A DNA stretch of 64,000 nt from Planctomycetota bacterium (GTDB lineage: Bacteria; Planctomycetota; UBA1135; UBA2386). Positions 46,354 to 55,459 of the stretch are shown here, in pieces. Each line of letters starts with the position of its first letter. Position 1 is the stretch's first letter. A program made the position numbers and the translations under genes. The notes below the pieces were generated by a model. The model was not told the origin of the DNA, did no database searches, and saw only the letters and a list, made by a program, of their open reading frames with translations. The stretch lies in contig OZ245838.1 of assembly GCA_965228735.1 (NCBI GenBank), positions 4,064,001 through 4,128,000 of the forward strand, in the 5' to 3' direction.

Positions 46354-48000
46354 TCAGCTGGGCTTCCAGTACTCGTTGCCGTCGCGATCCCAGATCTGGT
46401 AGCCGATGTCCATGCGTTCGGCGAGTTCGATCAGGGCTGCGATGTGGTCGCCGTAGACGAAGCCGAGGTGATTCGATGGCCAGCGTTTGCCGAGCACCTT
46501 GTCCGACACCGGCACCCTGCCTTCGATGATCGGCCAGCTCGGGTTGTAGTCGTTGTGCCGTGACTTCTTGACGGCCGTCGTGCGCATCAGCGTCGCGACG
46601 AGGTAGAGCCGACCGTTCTCGACCCCGAGCCGCGCGACCGTGACGTCCTGATCCGCTGCCGTGCGCATGCGGACCGCGGCGCCGCCGGCGGCGTAGAAGT
46701 GCTCCTGCCCCGGGTACTCGACCTCGCTGAGCTTGCTCGCCGTCGAGTCGTCTTCGTGACCGGCGTAGTAGACCGGATGCTGACCGCAGTTCACGATCGC
46801 GAGCAGGGTCTGGCCGCGCTTGTCCGTCTTGACGTAGCGGAAGTCGCCGAAGCCCGCCGGCTTGCCGGCGAGCTCCTTCAGCAGGTACTGCGAATACATC
46901 GTCGGCAGATCCGTCTCGCAGCTCGTCGGGATCATCTGCTTCTTGCGACCGAGCGGGTCGACGTCGTTGCCGAGGAACGACGTCGCCATGCAACACGTCG
47001 CGTAGCGACCGCTGCACTCGTCCTGACACTTGATCGTGACCGCGCCCGCGCCCTTCTCGCGCGCGATGTCGAACGTTGCGTAGTACATCGCGATCTGCAG
47101 CGCGTACTTGTCACGCGTCACGGTTCGGCCACGGATCACGCCGAAGCGCTTCGGGTCGGTGTCGTAGTTGGCGCCGACGGCCCGACGAACGCGGGCGTCG
47201 CGGATGCGTTCGATATCCGAAAGTCCGGGCTGTCCCGCCCAGTCGAACATCTCGAACGCGCGGTCGAGGAAGACCTGCTGGTCGAGGCTCTCGCTCGTGA
47301 TTCCCCACCGCCGGGTCAGCTCCTCCTGGTCGATCCGCGTCGTCGGCATCTTGAGGGAGAACGAGCCGAACTCGAGCGCGTGCAGCTTGTGCAGCCCTTC
47401 GACGACCTTCTTGACCCGTTGCTCCTGCGCCGCGCGCTGCGCGAACATCGCGAGGGCGGCCTCGAGTTCGCCGAACGCCTGCGCGCCCTCGAAGTCGCCG
47501 TAGACGTGCACGAACGACTCGCCGTTCTGGTTGAACGAACCGCCCGTCGCCATGCCCGACACCATGCCTGGCACGGTCGTGTCCTGGATCGACATCAGCA
47601 CGAGCCGCGGCTTCGCGGTCGCGTCCGTGGCCTTGAGCTTCTGCGCGTAGGCGGCGACGACCTTCTGGCTCGTCTGCGGAAACGTCCACGTCTGATGCAC
47701 GTTGACGAGTGCATCGACACCGACCTTCGCGAACTCGGCCGCGTACTGCTCGCACAACGCGGTCGAATGGCACAGTCGGTCGTAGCCCGCGAGTTTCTTC
47801 CCGGGATACACGACGTCGTACTTGCCGGTCTTCTGCAGGCGTTGGATCAACCGTTGCATCACTCCGATATCGTGCTCGGCGTGATCGCGCATGACCCAGG
47901 GGCGCGGGTCGTAACCCGAGAACACGCCGACGCGGATCTTGCGCGGGCGTGAAGGAGAAGAACGCGAAGCGCGCTTCGCGGCCGTGGTCCGGGCAGTCAT
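46354..48000 (-). CDS. L-fucose/L-arabinose isomerase-like protein
   Basis: PGMVSG, TIKCQDE, SCETD (metal-ligand ExD), NCG, TVARL, WPSNHLGFVYGD. Confidence 0.7.
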   Translation of the reverse strand: MTARTTAAKRASRSSPSRPRKIRVGVFSGYDPRPWVMRDHAEHDIGVMQRLIQRLQKTGKYDVVYPGKKLAGYDRLCHSTALCEQYAAEFAKVGVDALVNVHQTWTFPQTSQKVVAAYAQKLKATDATAKPRLVLMSIQDTTVPGMVSGMATGGSFNQNGESFVHVYGDFEGAQAFGELEAALAMFAQRAAQEQRVKKVVEGLHKLHALEFGSFSLKMPTTRIDQEELTRRWGITSESLDQQVFLDRAFEMFDWAGQPGLSDIERIRDARVRRAVGANYDTDPKRFGVIRGRTVTRDKYALQIAMYYATFDIAREKGAGAVTIKCQDECSGRYATCCMATSFLGNDVDPLGRKKQMIPTSCETDLPTMYSQYLLKELAGKPAGFGDFRYVKTDKRGQTLLAIVNCGQHPVYYAGHEDDSTASKLSEVEYPGQEHFYAAGGAAVRMRTAADQDVTVARLGVENGRLYLVATLMRTTAVKKSRHNDYNPSWPIIEGRVPVSDKVLGKRWPSNHLGFVYGDHIAALIELAERMDIGYQIWDRDGNEYWKPS

Positions 48001-48075
48001 GAGCGCCGCAGTCTACTCGACATCAACTCGGGCTCGCGATACGTTGCGGGATCCCGTCCCCCGCCTCTCTGTCTC

Positions 48076-49596
48076 ATGTCGGAAGTTGCCTGGTTCAGCG
48101 CTGGCGCAGTCGTTGCGGCCGCCGTTGCCTGGAGCATCGGTCGCTGGCGCGCAGGCGACGAGAATCGGCGCCGGATGCGAAGCTCGATCCAGGTCGACGC
48201 CGACGGCATCGCGGCGGACCGCCGGGCAAGCGCGAGCCAGACCGTCGATCGACCCGTTGGCGAAGACGCGCTCGGCGAGGGTGCACGCCATCTCGTTGAT
48301 GAACGGCTGGCTGATGAACGGCTGGCTGATGAACGGCTGGCTGATGAACGGCTGGCTGGCAAGAACGGTCCGGACGCGGCAGCGCCGGTCGTCGACCTGC
48401 AGCAGTTCTCGGACCCAGGGCCGAACGGCGATTTCGACGGCGAACGCAGCGACGATCACGACACGCCACACGCGCTGTCGATCGACGCAACACCGCCCGA
48501 CGACGTCGACGGCCCACGCGTCGCACGTTCCGTCGCTCGCGAGATCGCCGACGTCGCGTCCGCCGTCGAAGGCAGCGCGTTCGACCTCGTCGAGGCTGCC
48601 CCCGAACCAGAGCGGGTGCCGCGCGCGGCCGAACGCTTCCTCGGCGCCGTGCAGCGACTCCGCGATCTGCACGCCAAGCTCGTGTCGTACGGCACGGAAG
48701 CGTCGCCGAGTGACGGCACTGCCGACTTCCGCGAGGTCGTAGACGGGCTCAAGGAAGAACTGCAGCACCTCCGACTCGGACTCGAGCTCGACACGGAGCT
48801 CCCGGCGAATCTGCCCGTGCTCGCGTGCAGCCCGAGTATCGCGCGCAACATCCTGCTCTTCGCGTGCTCGGCGATGTTCCGATCCGAACCCGGGGCGACC
48901 AACCTGACGATCTCCGCGGAACGCTCGCTCGTCGAGAACGAGCCGCGCCTCCGAATCGAGATGCTGCTCGAATGGGTCGTGGATCCGCGTGACGGTGCGC
49001 ACCCGGCGCCGCACGAGTCCGACGTCGCGTTGGCGATCGAGGCCGCGCGCCGGCTGGCCGAAGGCCATGGCGGCAAGATCCGGATGGACCGGCCGGCCGA
49101 TCGGGTGATCCGGACGAGCTTGCGCCTGCCCGCGTCGGTGCGGCCGCAGGAGTCCGAGCCGGAGACCGGCGAATCACGCACGGGGGCCGTTCACGTCCGG
49201 GCGGGCGCAGCAGCGCAGCAGCACGACTTCGGCGGCGCGCTCGTCGTCGAGGCCGACCCCGACGTGCGGGCGATGCTGGCGCGCGAGCTGCGAGCCCGCG
49301 GTCGGGCCGTGTTCGCGTGCGCGGACGGCAGCTCCGCGCGCACGTTCCTCGAAGCGACCCCGCAGCGGTTCGAACTGCTCATCGTCGACCAGGAACATCG
49401 ACTCGAGGACCGCGACGCGCTCGGCGAGACGATCCGGCGCCTGACCCCGGAACTCAAGATCTGCGTTCTCGGCCCGGCGGCCCAGGCGGCGGCGAGCGAC
49501 ACGACCGAGCCCGCATGGCCCGAAGTCTGCCGCCTGCAGAAGCCGTTCGGCGTCCACGAACTGCGGCGCGCACTCGCCTCCGTTCTCGACGCTTGA
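48076..49596 (+). CDS. Degenerate hybrid histidine-kinase-like protein (pseudo-HisKA/HATPase + receiver)
   Basis: N-terminal TM. H-box equivalent reads VAREIADVASAVEG, then HGGKI...LRLP, receiver LVVEADPDVR...LLIVD...LQKPF. Confidence 0.65.
   Translation: MSEVAWFSAGAVVAAAVAWSIGRWRAGDENRRRMRSSIQVDADGIAADRRASASQTVDRPVGEDALGEGARHLVDERLADERLADERLADERLAGKNGPDAAAPVVDLQQFSDPGPNGDFDGERSDDHDTPHALSIDATPPDDVDGPRVARSVAREIADVASAVEGSAFDLVEAAPEPERVPRAAERFLGAVQRLRDLHAKLVSYGTEASPSDGTADFREVVDGLKEELQHLRLGLELDTELPANLPVLACSPSIARNILLFACSAMFRSEPGATNLTISAERSLVENEPRLRIEMLLEWVVDPRDGAHPAPHESDVALAIEAARRLAEGHGGKIRMDRPADRVIRTSLRLPASVRPQESEPETGESRTGAVHVRAGAAAQQHDFGGALVVEADPDVRAMLARELRARGRAVFACADGSSARTFLEATPQRFELLIVDQEHRLEDRDALGETIRRLTPELKICVLGPAAQAAASDTTEPAWPEVCRLQKPFGVHELRRALASVLDA
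48298..48357 (+). repeat. Perfect 15-bp tandem repeat x4 (GATGAACGGCTGGCT) encoding DERLA
   Basis: Read directly from the sequence; in frame. Confidence 0.95.
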
Positions 49597-49624
49597 TAGG
49601 CTCGGCCGCTCGGAGGAACCCAAG

Positions 49625-50413
49625 CTGGCTCGCAAAGACAATCGCCCACCGGAGCAGTTCCGGCCCATCCGTTTCACGCGCTCGTTCACCGATCGCCCGG
49701 GCTCGGTCCTGACCGAGTGCGGCAACACCAAGGTGCTGTGCACAGTGTGTGTGCAGGATCAGGTCCCGATGTGGATGGCCAACCGCCACGCCGGCGGCTG
49801 GCTCACGGCCGAGTACGCGATGCTGCCCGGCGCCGGGCAGCCGCGCAAACCGCGCGACGGCCGCACGGGCCGACCGCCGGACGGCCGCAGCCTCGAGATC
49901 CAGCGGCTCATCGGCCGGGCGCTGCGCAGCTCGCTCGATCTCGCGGCACTGCCGGAGATCACCCTCTGGGTCGACTGCGACGTGATCAGCGCCGACGGCG
50001 GCACCCGGACGACGGCGATCAACGGCGCCGCGGTCGCGCTCTACGACGCGCTGCTGTGGCTCGAAGAACAGCGCAAGCTGCCGAACTGGCCGCTGCGCGG
50101 ACTCGTCGCCGCGATCTCCGTCGGGCTCGTTCAGGGCGAAGCGCTCTGCGACCTCGACTATCACGAGGACAGTTCGGCCGAAGTCGACCTCAACGTCGTG
50201 ACGAGCAGCAGCGGCAACCTGATCGAGATCCAGGGCACGGCCGAGAAGAAGCCGTTCAGCAACGAGCAGCTCCAGGAGATGCTCGGCATGGCCGGCAACG
50301 CCTGCACCGAGATCCGCACGCTGCAGAAGCAGGCCCTCGGCCTGCCGACCGGCGACAGCAGCAGCGACGGCGACAGCAGCAGCGACGGCGACAGCAGCAG
50401 CGACGGCGATTGA
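49625..50413 (+). CDS. rph: Ribonuclease PH, probable CTG start
   Basis: GSVL.ECGNTKVLC, GWLTAEYAMLP, EIQRLIGRALR, DCDVISADGGTRT, DLDYHEDS, EIQGTAE. Homology extends upstream of the track ORF to CTG at 49625, which follows GGAGG. Confidence 0.93.
   Translation: MARKDNRPPEQFRPIRFTRSFTDRPGSVLTECGNTKVLCTVCVQDQVPMWMANRHAGGWLTAEYAMLPGAGQPRKPRDGRTGRPPDGRSLEIQRLIGRALRSSLDLAALPEITLWVDCDVISADGGTRTTAINGAAVALYDALLWLEEQRKLPNWPLRGLVAAISVGLVQGEALCDLDYHEDSSAEVDLNVVTSSSGNLIEIQGTAEKKPFSNEQLQEMLGMAGNACTEIRTLQKQALGLPTGDSSSDGDSSSDGDSSSDGD
50351..50410 (+). repeat. 18-bp tandem repeat x3.3 (GGCGACAGCAGCAGCGAC) encoding a GDSSSD tail on RNase PH
   Basis: Read directly from the sequence. Confidence 0.95.
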
Positions 50414-50579
50414 TCGCCCTCCCGCGCCGTCGGGAGACGCGCCGCGGGATAGAGACGTGCCGCGGGCCAAGGCGAAGAAGCGGTCCGTACATGCAACCGG
50501 CCGCTGCCCGGAGGCAGCGGCCGGTCGATCGATCTCGACCGGGCCAGAGGCCCGATCGTGAATCGTGATCAGCCCGTGA

Positions 50580-52472
50580 TTACGTGCCGATCTTCGCGCA
50601 GACGCCGTTCGACGCGATGACGCCAGCGGCGTTGAGGCCCGGCGTGATCGTGCCCGACTGCAGGAACACCTGCGTGTTGTTGAAGCCCGTCGGGACGTTC
50701 CAGGTCCAGCGCAGCTCGTTGTTCGCGGCGAACACGAACACACTCGTCACGATCGCGCCGATGTTCAGGTTCGACGTGCAGCCAGGCATGCCGAACGGGC
50801 CGAGGTTGAGGCCCGGGCTCTGCGGCAGCAGACCGATCGAGATGAAGCCGGCGCCGGTGCCAGCCGTGAGGCTGTCGACGACGATGTCGACGCTGGTGCC
50901 CGCGATCGGGCGGCCGTCGACGAACAGGTTCGGCGGGAAGGCGCCGTCACCCGTCTGGATCGCGCCAGCGCCCGACCAGTCGGTCAGACCGCCGAGCGGC
51001 GAGCCGTCACCCTTCGAGTAGCCGAGGATGGCATCGTTGCCACTCGCGGCGTCCGAGTTGAACAGGGTGCCGAAGGCGACGTCGAACTGGCCGCTGTCGT
51101 ACAGCGTCAGCTGGATGTCGCAGACTTCGTTCGCAACCGCCGGCCAGTTCGGGACGCCCTGCCACGTGATGCGGGCCGTCGTCGGGGTCGGGTTCTCGAA
51201 GTAGAGCGCACCGACGCCGCCGTTCAGGGCGAGGTCGAGGTCGAGGTCGGCGTTGAACGCGCAGATCTGCGCCAGCGGACCGCTCGGCGGGCCGTCACGG
51301 AAGGTGGCGGTGCTGCCGTAGTTCGAACCGCAGGTCGCGAACGAGGCATCCGTCGTCAGACCGAGGTAGATCTTGCCGTTGCTGTTGATCGTGATGTCGG
51401 TCGTCGTGCCACCCGGGTGCGGGAACGAGAAGCCCAGCGGCTGGGTGATGCAAGCATCGTCCCAGGTGCCAGAAGAGCTCGACGTGAAGCCCGTCGGGTT
51501 GCCGGCGAGGTTCGTGCCGCTCGCAACCGGAGCGAACGGGGCGCCCGGAACGATGAGGTAGGAGTCCTGCGGGGAACCCTGCGGCAGCCACGTGTAGCCA
51601 CCACCGACGGCGCCGGTCGCCTCGTACTGCGAACCCTGGGCCGTGCCGGCCGGGATGACGTCGTACGCCGCCTGCGGGCGGTTGTAGCAGCCTTCACCGT
51701 ACTGGAGCGAGAGCGCAGCGCTCGCGTCCGGCGTGTACTGGATCTGGATGTTGACGCTGTCCTGCGCGCCGTTCGGGGTCGCGTTGTCGATCACCGCGCC
51801 CGTCGCGTCGACGGTGTGCCAGCCGTTCTGCTGGATGCCGTCGTTGCTGAGCGTGATGAACTGGTCGCTCCAGGTGATCGCCGGGTTCGGGCTCACACCG
51901 ATCGTGTGGATCGCGCCCGTGTTGGCGGTGACGACCAGCGGCGTGTTCGTGTAGGTCGTCGGGATGACCTGGATGCACATGCCGTACTGGCCGGCCGGCA
52001 GCGTGAACGGCGTCGGGTTGCCGGTGACCGGGTCCTTGAAGTTCGCGATCGGGCTGTCGCCGTTCCAGGCGACGACCGTCAGCTCACCGAGAACCTCGGG
52101 CTCACCGTCGGCGGTGCCGGCACCGGTCGCGTCGATGCCCCAGTTCGCGCGCATGGTCTCGTTGCCGACGCGCGTGCCCGGGATCAGGTAGATGCGAACC
52201 TCGGCGATGTTGCCGACCTGGTCCGGAACGACCGGGTTACCAGCACCCTGGTCGTACGTCGTGACGTTCATCCCGGTGATCTCGATCGGCGACGCCAGAT
52301 CGATGTCGATGAACTGGCCGAGCGAGTTGTCGACGAGGTTGCCGTAGTAGAAACTCGCGGCCCACGGATCGTAGGTGCGAATGTCGGACGGAGGCGGACT
52401 ACCGGCGCAGTTCTGCGCCATGGCGATCGTCGACGTAGCGGCGACCGCGAGAGCCAAGGAGACCTTGTGCAT
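50580..52472 (-). CDS. Secreted acidic Gly/Thr/Asn-rich protein, possible surface protein
   Basis: Signal peptide MHKVSLALAVAATSTIAMAQ, nidogen-like segment LGFSFPHPG...ITINSNG.I, C-terminal beta domain, strong codon bias. Confidence 0.75.
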   Translation of the reverse strand: MHKVSLALAVAATSTIAMAQNCAGSPPPSDIRTYDPWAASFYYGNLVDNSLGQFIDIDLASPIEITGMNVTTYDQGAGNPVVPDQVGNIAEVRIYLIPGTRVGNETMRANWGIDATGAGTADGEPEVLGELTVVAWNGDSPIANFKDPVTGNPTPFTLPAGQYGMCIQVIPTTYTNTPLVVTANTGAIHTIGVSPNPAITWSDQFITLSNDGIQQNGWHTVDATGAVIDNATPNGAQDSVNIQIQYTPDASAALSLQYGEGCYNRPQAAYDVIPAGTAQGSQYEATGAVGGGYTWLPQGSPQDSYLIVPGAPFAPVASGTNLAGNPTGFTSSSSGTWDDACITQPLGFSFPHPGGTTTDITINSNGKIYLGLTTDASFATCGSNYGSTATFRDGPPSGPLAQICAFNADLDLDLALNGGVGALYFENPTPTTARITWQGVPNWPAVANEVCDIQLTLYDSGQFDVAFGTLFNSDAASGNDAILGYSKGDGSPLGGLTDWSGAGAIQTGDGAFPPNLFVDGRPIAGTSVDIVVDSLTAGTGAGFISIGLLPQSPGLNLGPFGMPGCTSNLNIGAIVTSVFVFAANNELRWTWNVPTGFNNTQVFLQSGTITPGLNAAGVIASNGVCAKIGT

Positions 52473-52817
52473 GTTTTGTCTTGTCTTGGAGAAGGGAGAA
52501 AGAAGGTCCTGGGACAGGACCAGGGGGAGCCATGGTTCCGCGCCCGGGCGATCTCGTCAACGTGGTCCGAAGACCAGGGTGATTCGACGCTTGCGGCGAA
52601 GGCGAAATGCAGCGAGAAACCTGGCGGCGAAGGGTATCGCACCGACCGGGGGTGAGTCGGCGGACTACGGACGTCGGGCGCCCGGGCAATGTTCGGCGGA
52701 TCCGCAGATTTTGACCGGGCACGTTGCCATGATGCAGTTTGCGGTGATCCGTAGCCCGCGGCAGTCGCCCCGTCATGCCATGGCCCTAAACCCGGGCGAC
52801 ATCGTAGACTTCGCGCG

Positions 52818-53447
52818 ATGACCGACCTGTGGATCGCGACCGGGAATGCCAAGAAGCGCGCTGAGCTCGAGCGCCTCGTCGACTCCTTCGGCGTCCGCGT
52901 CCTATCGCCCGCCGCATTGGGTAGTCGGTCGAACGAATATGTCCCGATCGAGGACCAACCGACGTTCGCGGGTAACGCCGAGAAAAAGGCGGCGGCGCTG
53001 GCACGACTTTGTGACGCCCACACGCTCGCGGACGACAGCGGCCTGTGCGTCGACGCGCTCGATGGCCGCCCCGGGGTGCACTCCGCCCGCTACGGCGGCC
53101 CCGGCCTCGACGACGCCGGCCGCGTCCGCGCGTTGCTCGAGGAGCTCGCGGCGGTCCCGCCCGAACGCCGCACGGCGCGCTTCGTCTGCAGCCTGTGCGT
53201 GTGCGATGGCGACGGCACGGTGCTGACCCGCATCGAGGAGAGCTGCGAGGGCACGCTCCTGACGGAGCCGAGCGGCGCCGGCGGCTTCGGCTACGACCCG
53301 ATCTTCGTGCCGCTCGAGTTCGACGGCGATCCGGCGCGCACGTTCGCCCGCCTCGACGCGGAGCAGAAGGACCGACTGAGCCACCGCGGCAAGGCGCTGC
53401 GCAAGCTCGCTTCGGTGCTGCCGACGATTCTGCCGAAGGATCGATAG
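52818..53447 (+). CDS. rdgB: Non-canonical purine NTP pyrophosphatase (Ham1/RdgB)
   Basis: ATGNAKK, TFAGNA.KKA, ADDSGL.VDAL.GRPGVHSARY, GFGYDPIF, SHRGKAL. Confidence 0.95.
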   Translation: MTDLWIATGNAKKRAELERLVDSFGVRVLSPAALGSRSNEYVPIEDQPTFAGNAEKKAAALARLCDAHTLADDSGLCVDALDGRPGVHSARYGGPGLDDAGRVRALLEELAAVPPERRTARFVCSLCVCDGDGTVLTRIEESCEGTLLTEPSGAGGFGYDPIFVPLEFDGDPARTFARLDAEQKDRLSHRGKALRKLASVLPTILPKDR

Positions 53448-53484
53448 GCCAGCACCCCCCGCGCCGGCCCCAGCCGCGACCGCC

Positions 53485-55323
53485 ATGACGATCGAGATCC
53501 TCATCGTGCTCACCACGCTCGCCGCGGTGCTCACGCTGCTGATCGGCACGCGCATTCCGGCCGATGCGATCCTCGTTGCCGGGCTGACGCTGCTGCTCGC
53601 CGTGCCGGTCCCGGTCGACGGTGGCGTGCAGATCGGCATCGTGACGCTGGCGGACGGCGTGCAGGGCTTCGGCAACCCCGGCATGCTCGCGGTCGGCGCG
53701 CTGTTCGTCGTCGTCACGGGTCTTCGCGAGACGGGCGCGATCGACTGGATCGCGACGACGCTGCTCGGTCGGCCGCAGAACGAACGCTCCGCGATCGTGC
53801 GCGTCATGCTGCCGGTCGCCGCGATGAGCGCGTTCCTCAACAACACGCCCGTCGTCGCGATGATGATCCCGGCGATCCAGGACTGGAGCAAACGACTGCA
53901 GCTGGCCGCGTCGCGCCTGCTGATCCCGTTGAGCTACGCCGCGATCCTCGGCGGCACGTGCACGCTGATCGGCACGAGCACCAATCTCGTGGTGGCCGGC
54001 CTCGTCGCGGAGAACCCGACCATCCCCGACCTCGCCATGTTCGACCTGACCTGGGTCGGGCTGCCGTGTGCCGTGCTCTGCGGCGCGCTCGTCGTGTTCC
54101 TCGGCCCGCGGTTGCTGCCGAACCGCGCCGGCACCCTCGGCACCGGCGCTGCGGGCACCGCCGGCACCGCGAGCCTCGCCGACACCAAGGAGTACACCCT
54201 CGAGCTCGTCGTGCCGACCGGCAGCCCGCTCGCGGGCCGCAGTATCGACGAGGCCGGGCTGCGTCGATTGCCGGGGTGCTTCCTGATCGAGATCGAACGC
54301 GGGGGCGAGATCATCGCATCGGTCGGACCGCACCGCCGGCTCGAGGAAGGCGACCGTCTGTTGTTCGCCGGCGTCGTCGACTCGATCCGCGACCTCGTGA
54401 AGACGCGCGGGCTCGAACTCGCGACCGACCAGGTCTTCAAGCTCGACGCGCCGCGCTACAAGCGCCGACTGTTCGAGGCCGTCGTCGCGCCGACCTCGGA
54501 GCTCACGGGCACGACGATCCGCGCGGCCGGCTTCCGCAACCGCTTCGCCGGCGCCGTCATCGCCGTCGCGCGCAACGGCGAACGGGTGCGCGGGCGCCTC
54601 GGCGACATCCGGCTCAAGGGCGGTGATCTGTTGCTCGTCGAAGCCGAACCCAAGTTCGACGACCGCGCGAGCGCGTCCGGCGACTTCCTGCTCGTGCGGT
54701 CGCTCGAGGACTCGACGCCGCGCCAGCATGCGCGCGCGCCGCTCGCCGTGCTGATCCTGCTCACGATGGTCGTGCTCGTGACGACCGGCGTCTATCCGAT
54801 GCTGGTCGCCGCACTCCTCGCGGCCGGCGCCATGGTGCTGACGCGGTGCTCGACGCTCACGGTCGCGCGGCGCGCGATCGACTGGTCACTGCTGATCGTG
54901 ATCGGCGCATCGCTCGGCATCGGCGAAGCGATGTCCCAGAGCGGCGCGGCCGACTGGCTCGCAGGCTCGGTGCTCGCCCTGAGCGGCGGCAACGCGTGGC
55001 TCATGCTCGCGGCCGTCTACGCCACGACCGCGCTGCTCACCGCGGCGGTCAGCAACGCGGCCTCCGTCGCGCTCATGTTCCACATCGCGGTCGCGGGCGC
55101 GACGGCCCACGAGCTCGACCCGATGCCGTTCGTGATCGCCGTGATGATGGCCGGCTCCGCGAGCTTCGCGACGCCGATCGGCTACCAGACCAACCTCATG
55201 GTGTACGGCCCGGGTGGCTACACGTTCCGCGACTTCCTCCGCATCGGCGTGCCGGTCAACCTCGCGGCCGGCATCGGCACCGTGGCGCTGACGCCATGGG
55301 TGTTTCCGTTCCACCCACAATGA
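53485..55323 (+). CDS. SLC13/DASS family permease with two TrkA-C domains, probable sulfate transporter
   Basis: SAFLNNTPVVAMMIP, LIGTSTNLVV, TPIGYQTNLMVYGPGGY.F.DF. Substrate inferred from the cys gene context. Confidence 0.85.
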   Translation: MTIEILIVLTTLAAVLTLLIGTRIPADAILVAGLTLLLAVPVPVDGGVQIGIVTLADGVQGFGNPGMLAVGALFVVVTGLRETGAIDWIATTLLGRPQNERSAIVRVMLPVAAMSAFLNNTPVVAMMIPAIQDWSKRLQLAASRLLIPLSYAAILGGTCTLIGTSTNLVVAGLVAENPTIPDLAMFDLTWVGLPCAVLCGALVVFLGPRLLPNRAGTLGTGAAGTAGTASLADTKEYTLELVVPTGSPLAGRSIDEAGLRRLPGCFLIEIERGGEIIASVGPHRRLEEGDRLLFAGVVDSIRDLVKTRGLELATDQVFKLDAPRYKRRLFEAVVAPTSELTGTTIRAAGFRNRFAGAVIAVARNGERVRGRLGDIRLKGGDLLLVEAEPKFDDRASASGDFLLVRSLEDSTPRQHARAPLAVLILLTMVVLVTTGVYPMLVAALLAAGAMVLTRCSTLTVARRAIDWSLLIVIGASLGIGEAMSQSGAADWLAGSVLALSGGNAWLMLAAVYATTALLTAAVSNAASVALMFHIAVAGATAHELDPMPFVIAVMMAGSASFATPIGYQTNLMVYGPGGYTFRDFLRIGVPVNLAAGIGTVALTPWVFPFHPQ

Positions 55324-55459
55324 CCGACGACGCCGGCGGCCTGGTGAATTCTCGGCGCTCGCGTGGATCGGTGGGATGATCTGTGAACAGTGGCGTTGCC
55401 GCATCGGGCGTTGGAGTTTGTACCTGGCACCGCACCCAACCCGTGATACGACTTTCGCG

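Noticed and set aside
48298..48357. Direct repeats as a possible CRISPR array
   Set aside because: Contiguous 15-bp units without spacers, in frame within a CDS, and no cas genes.
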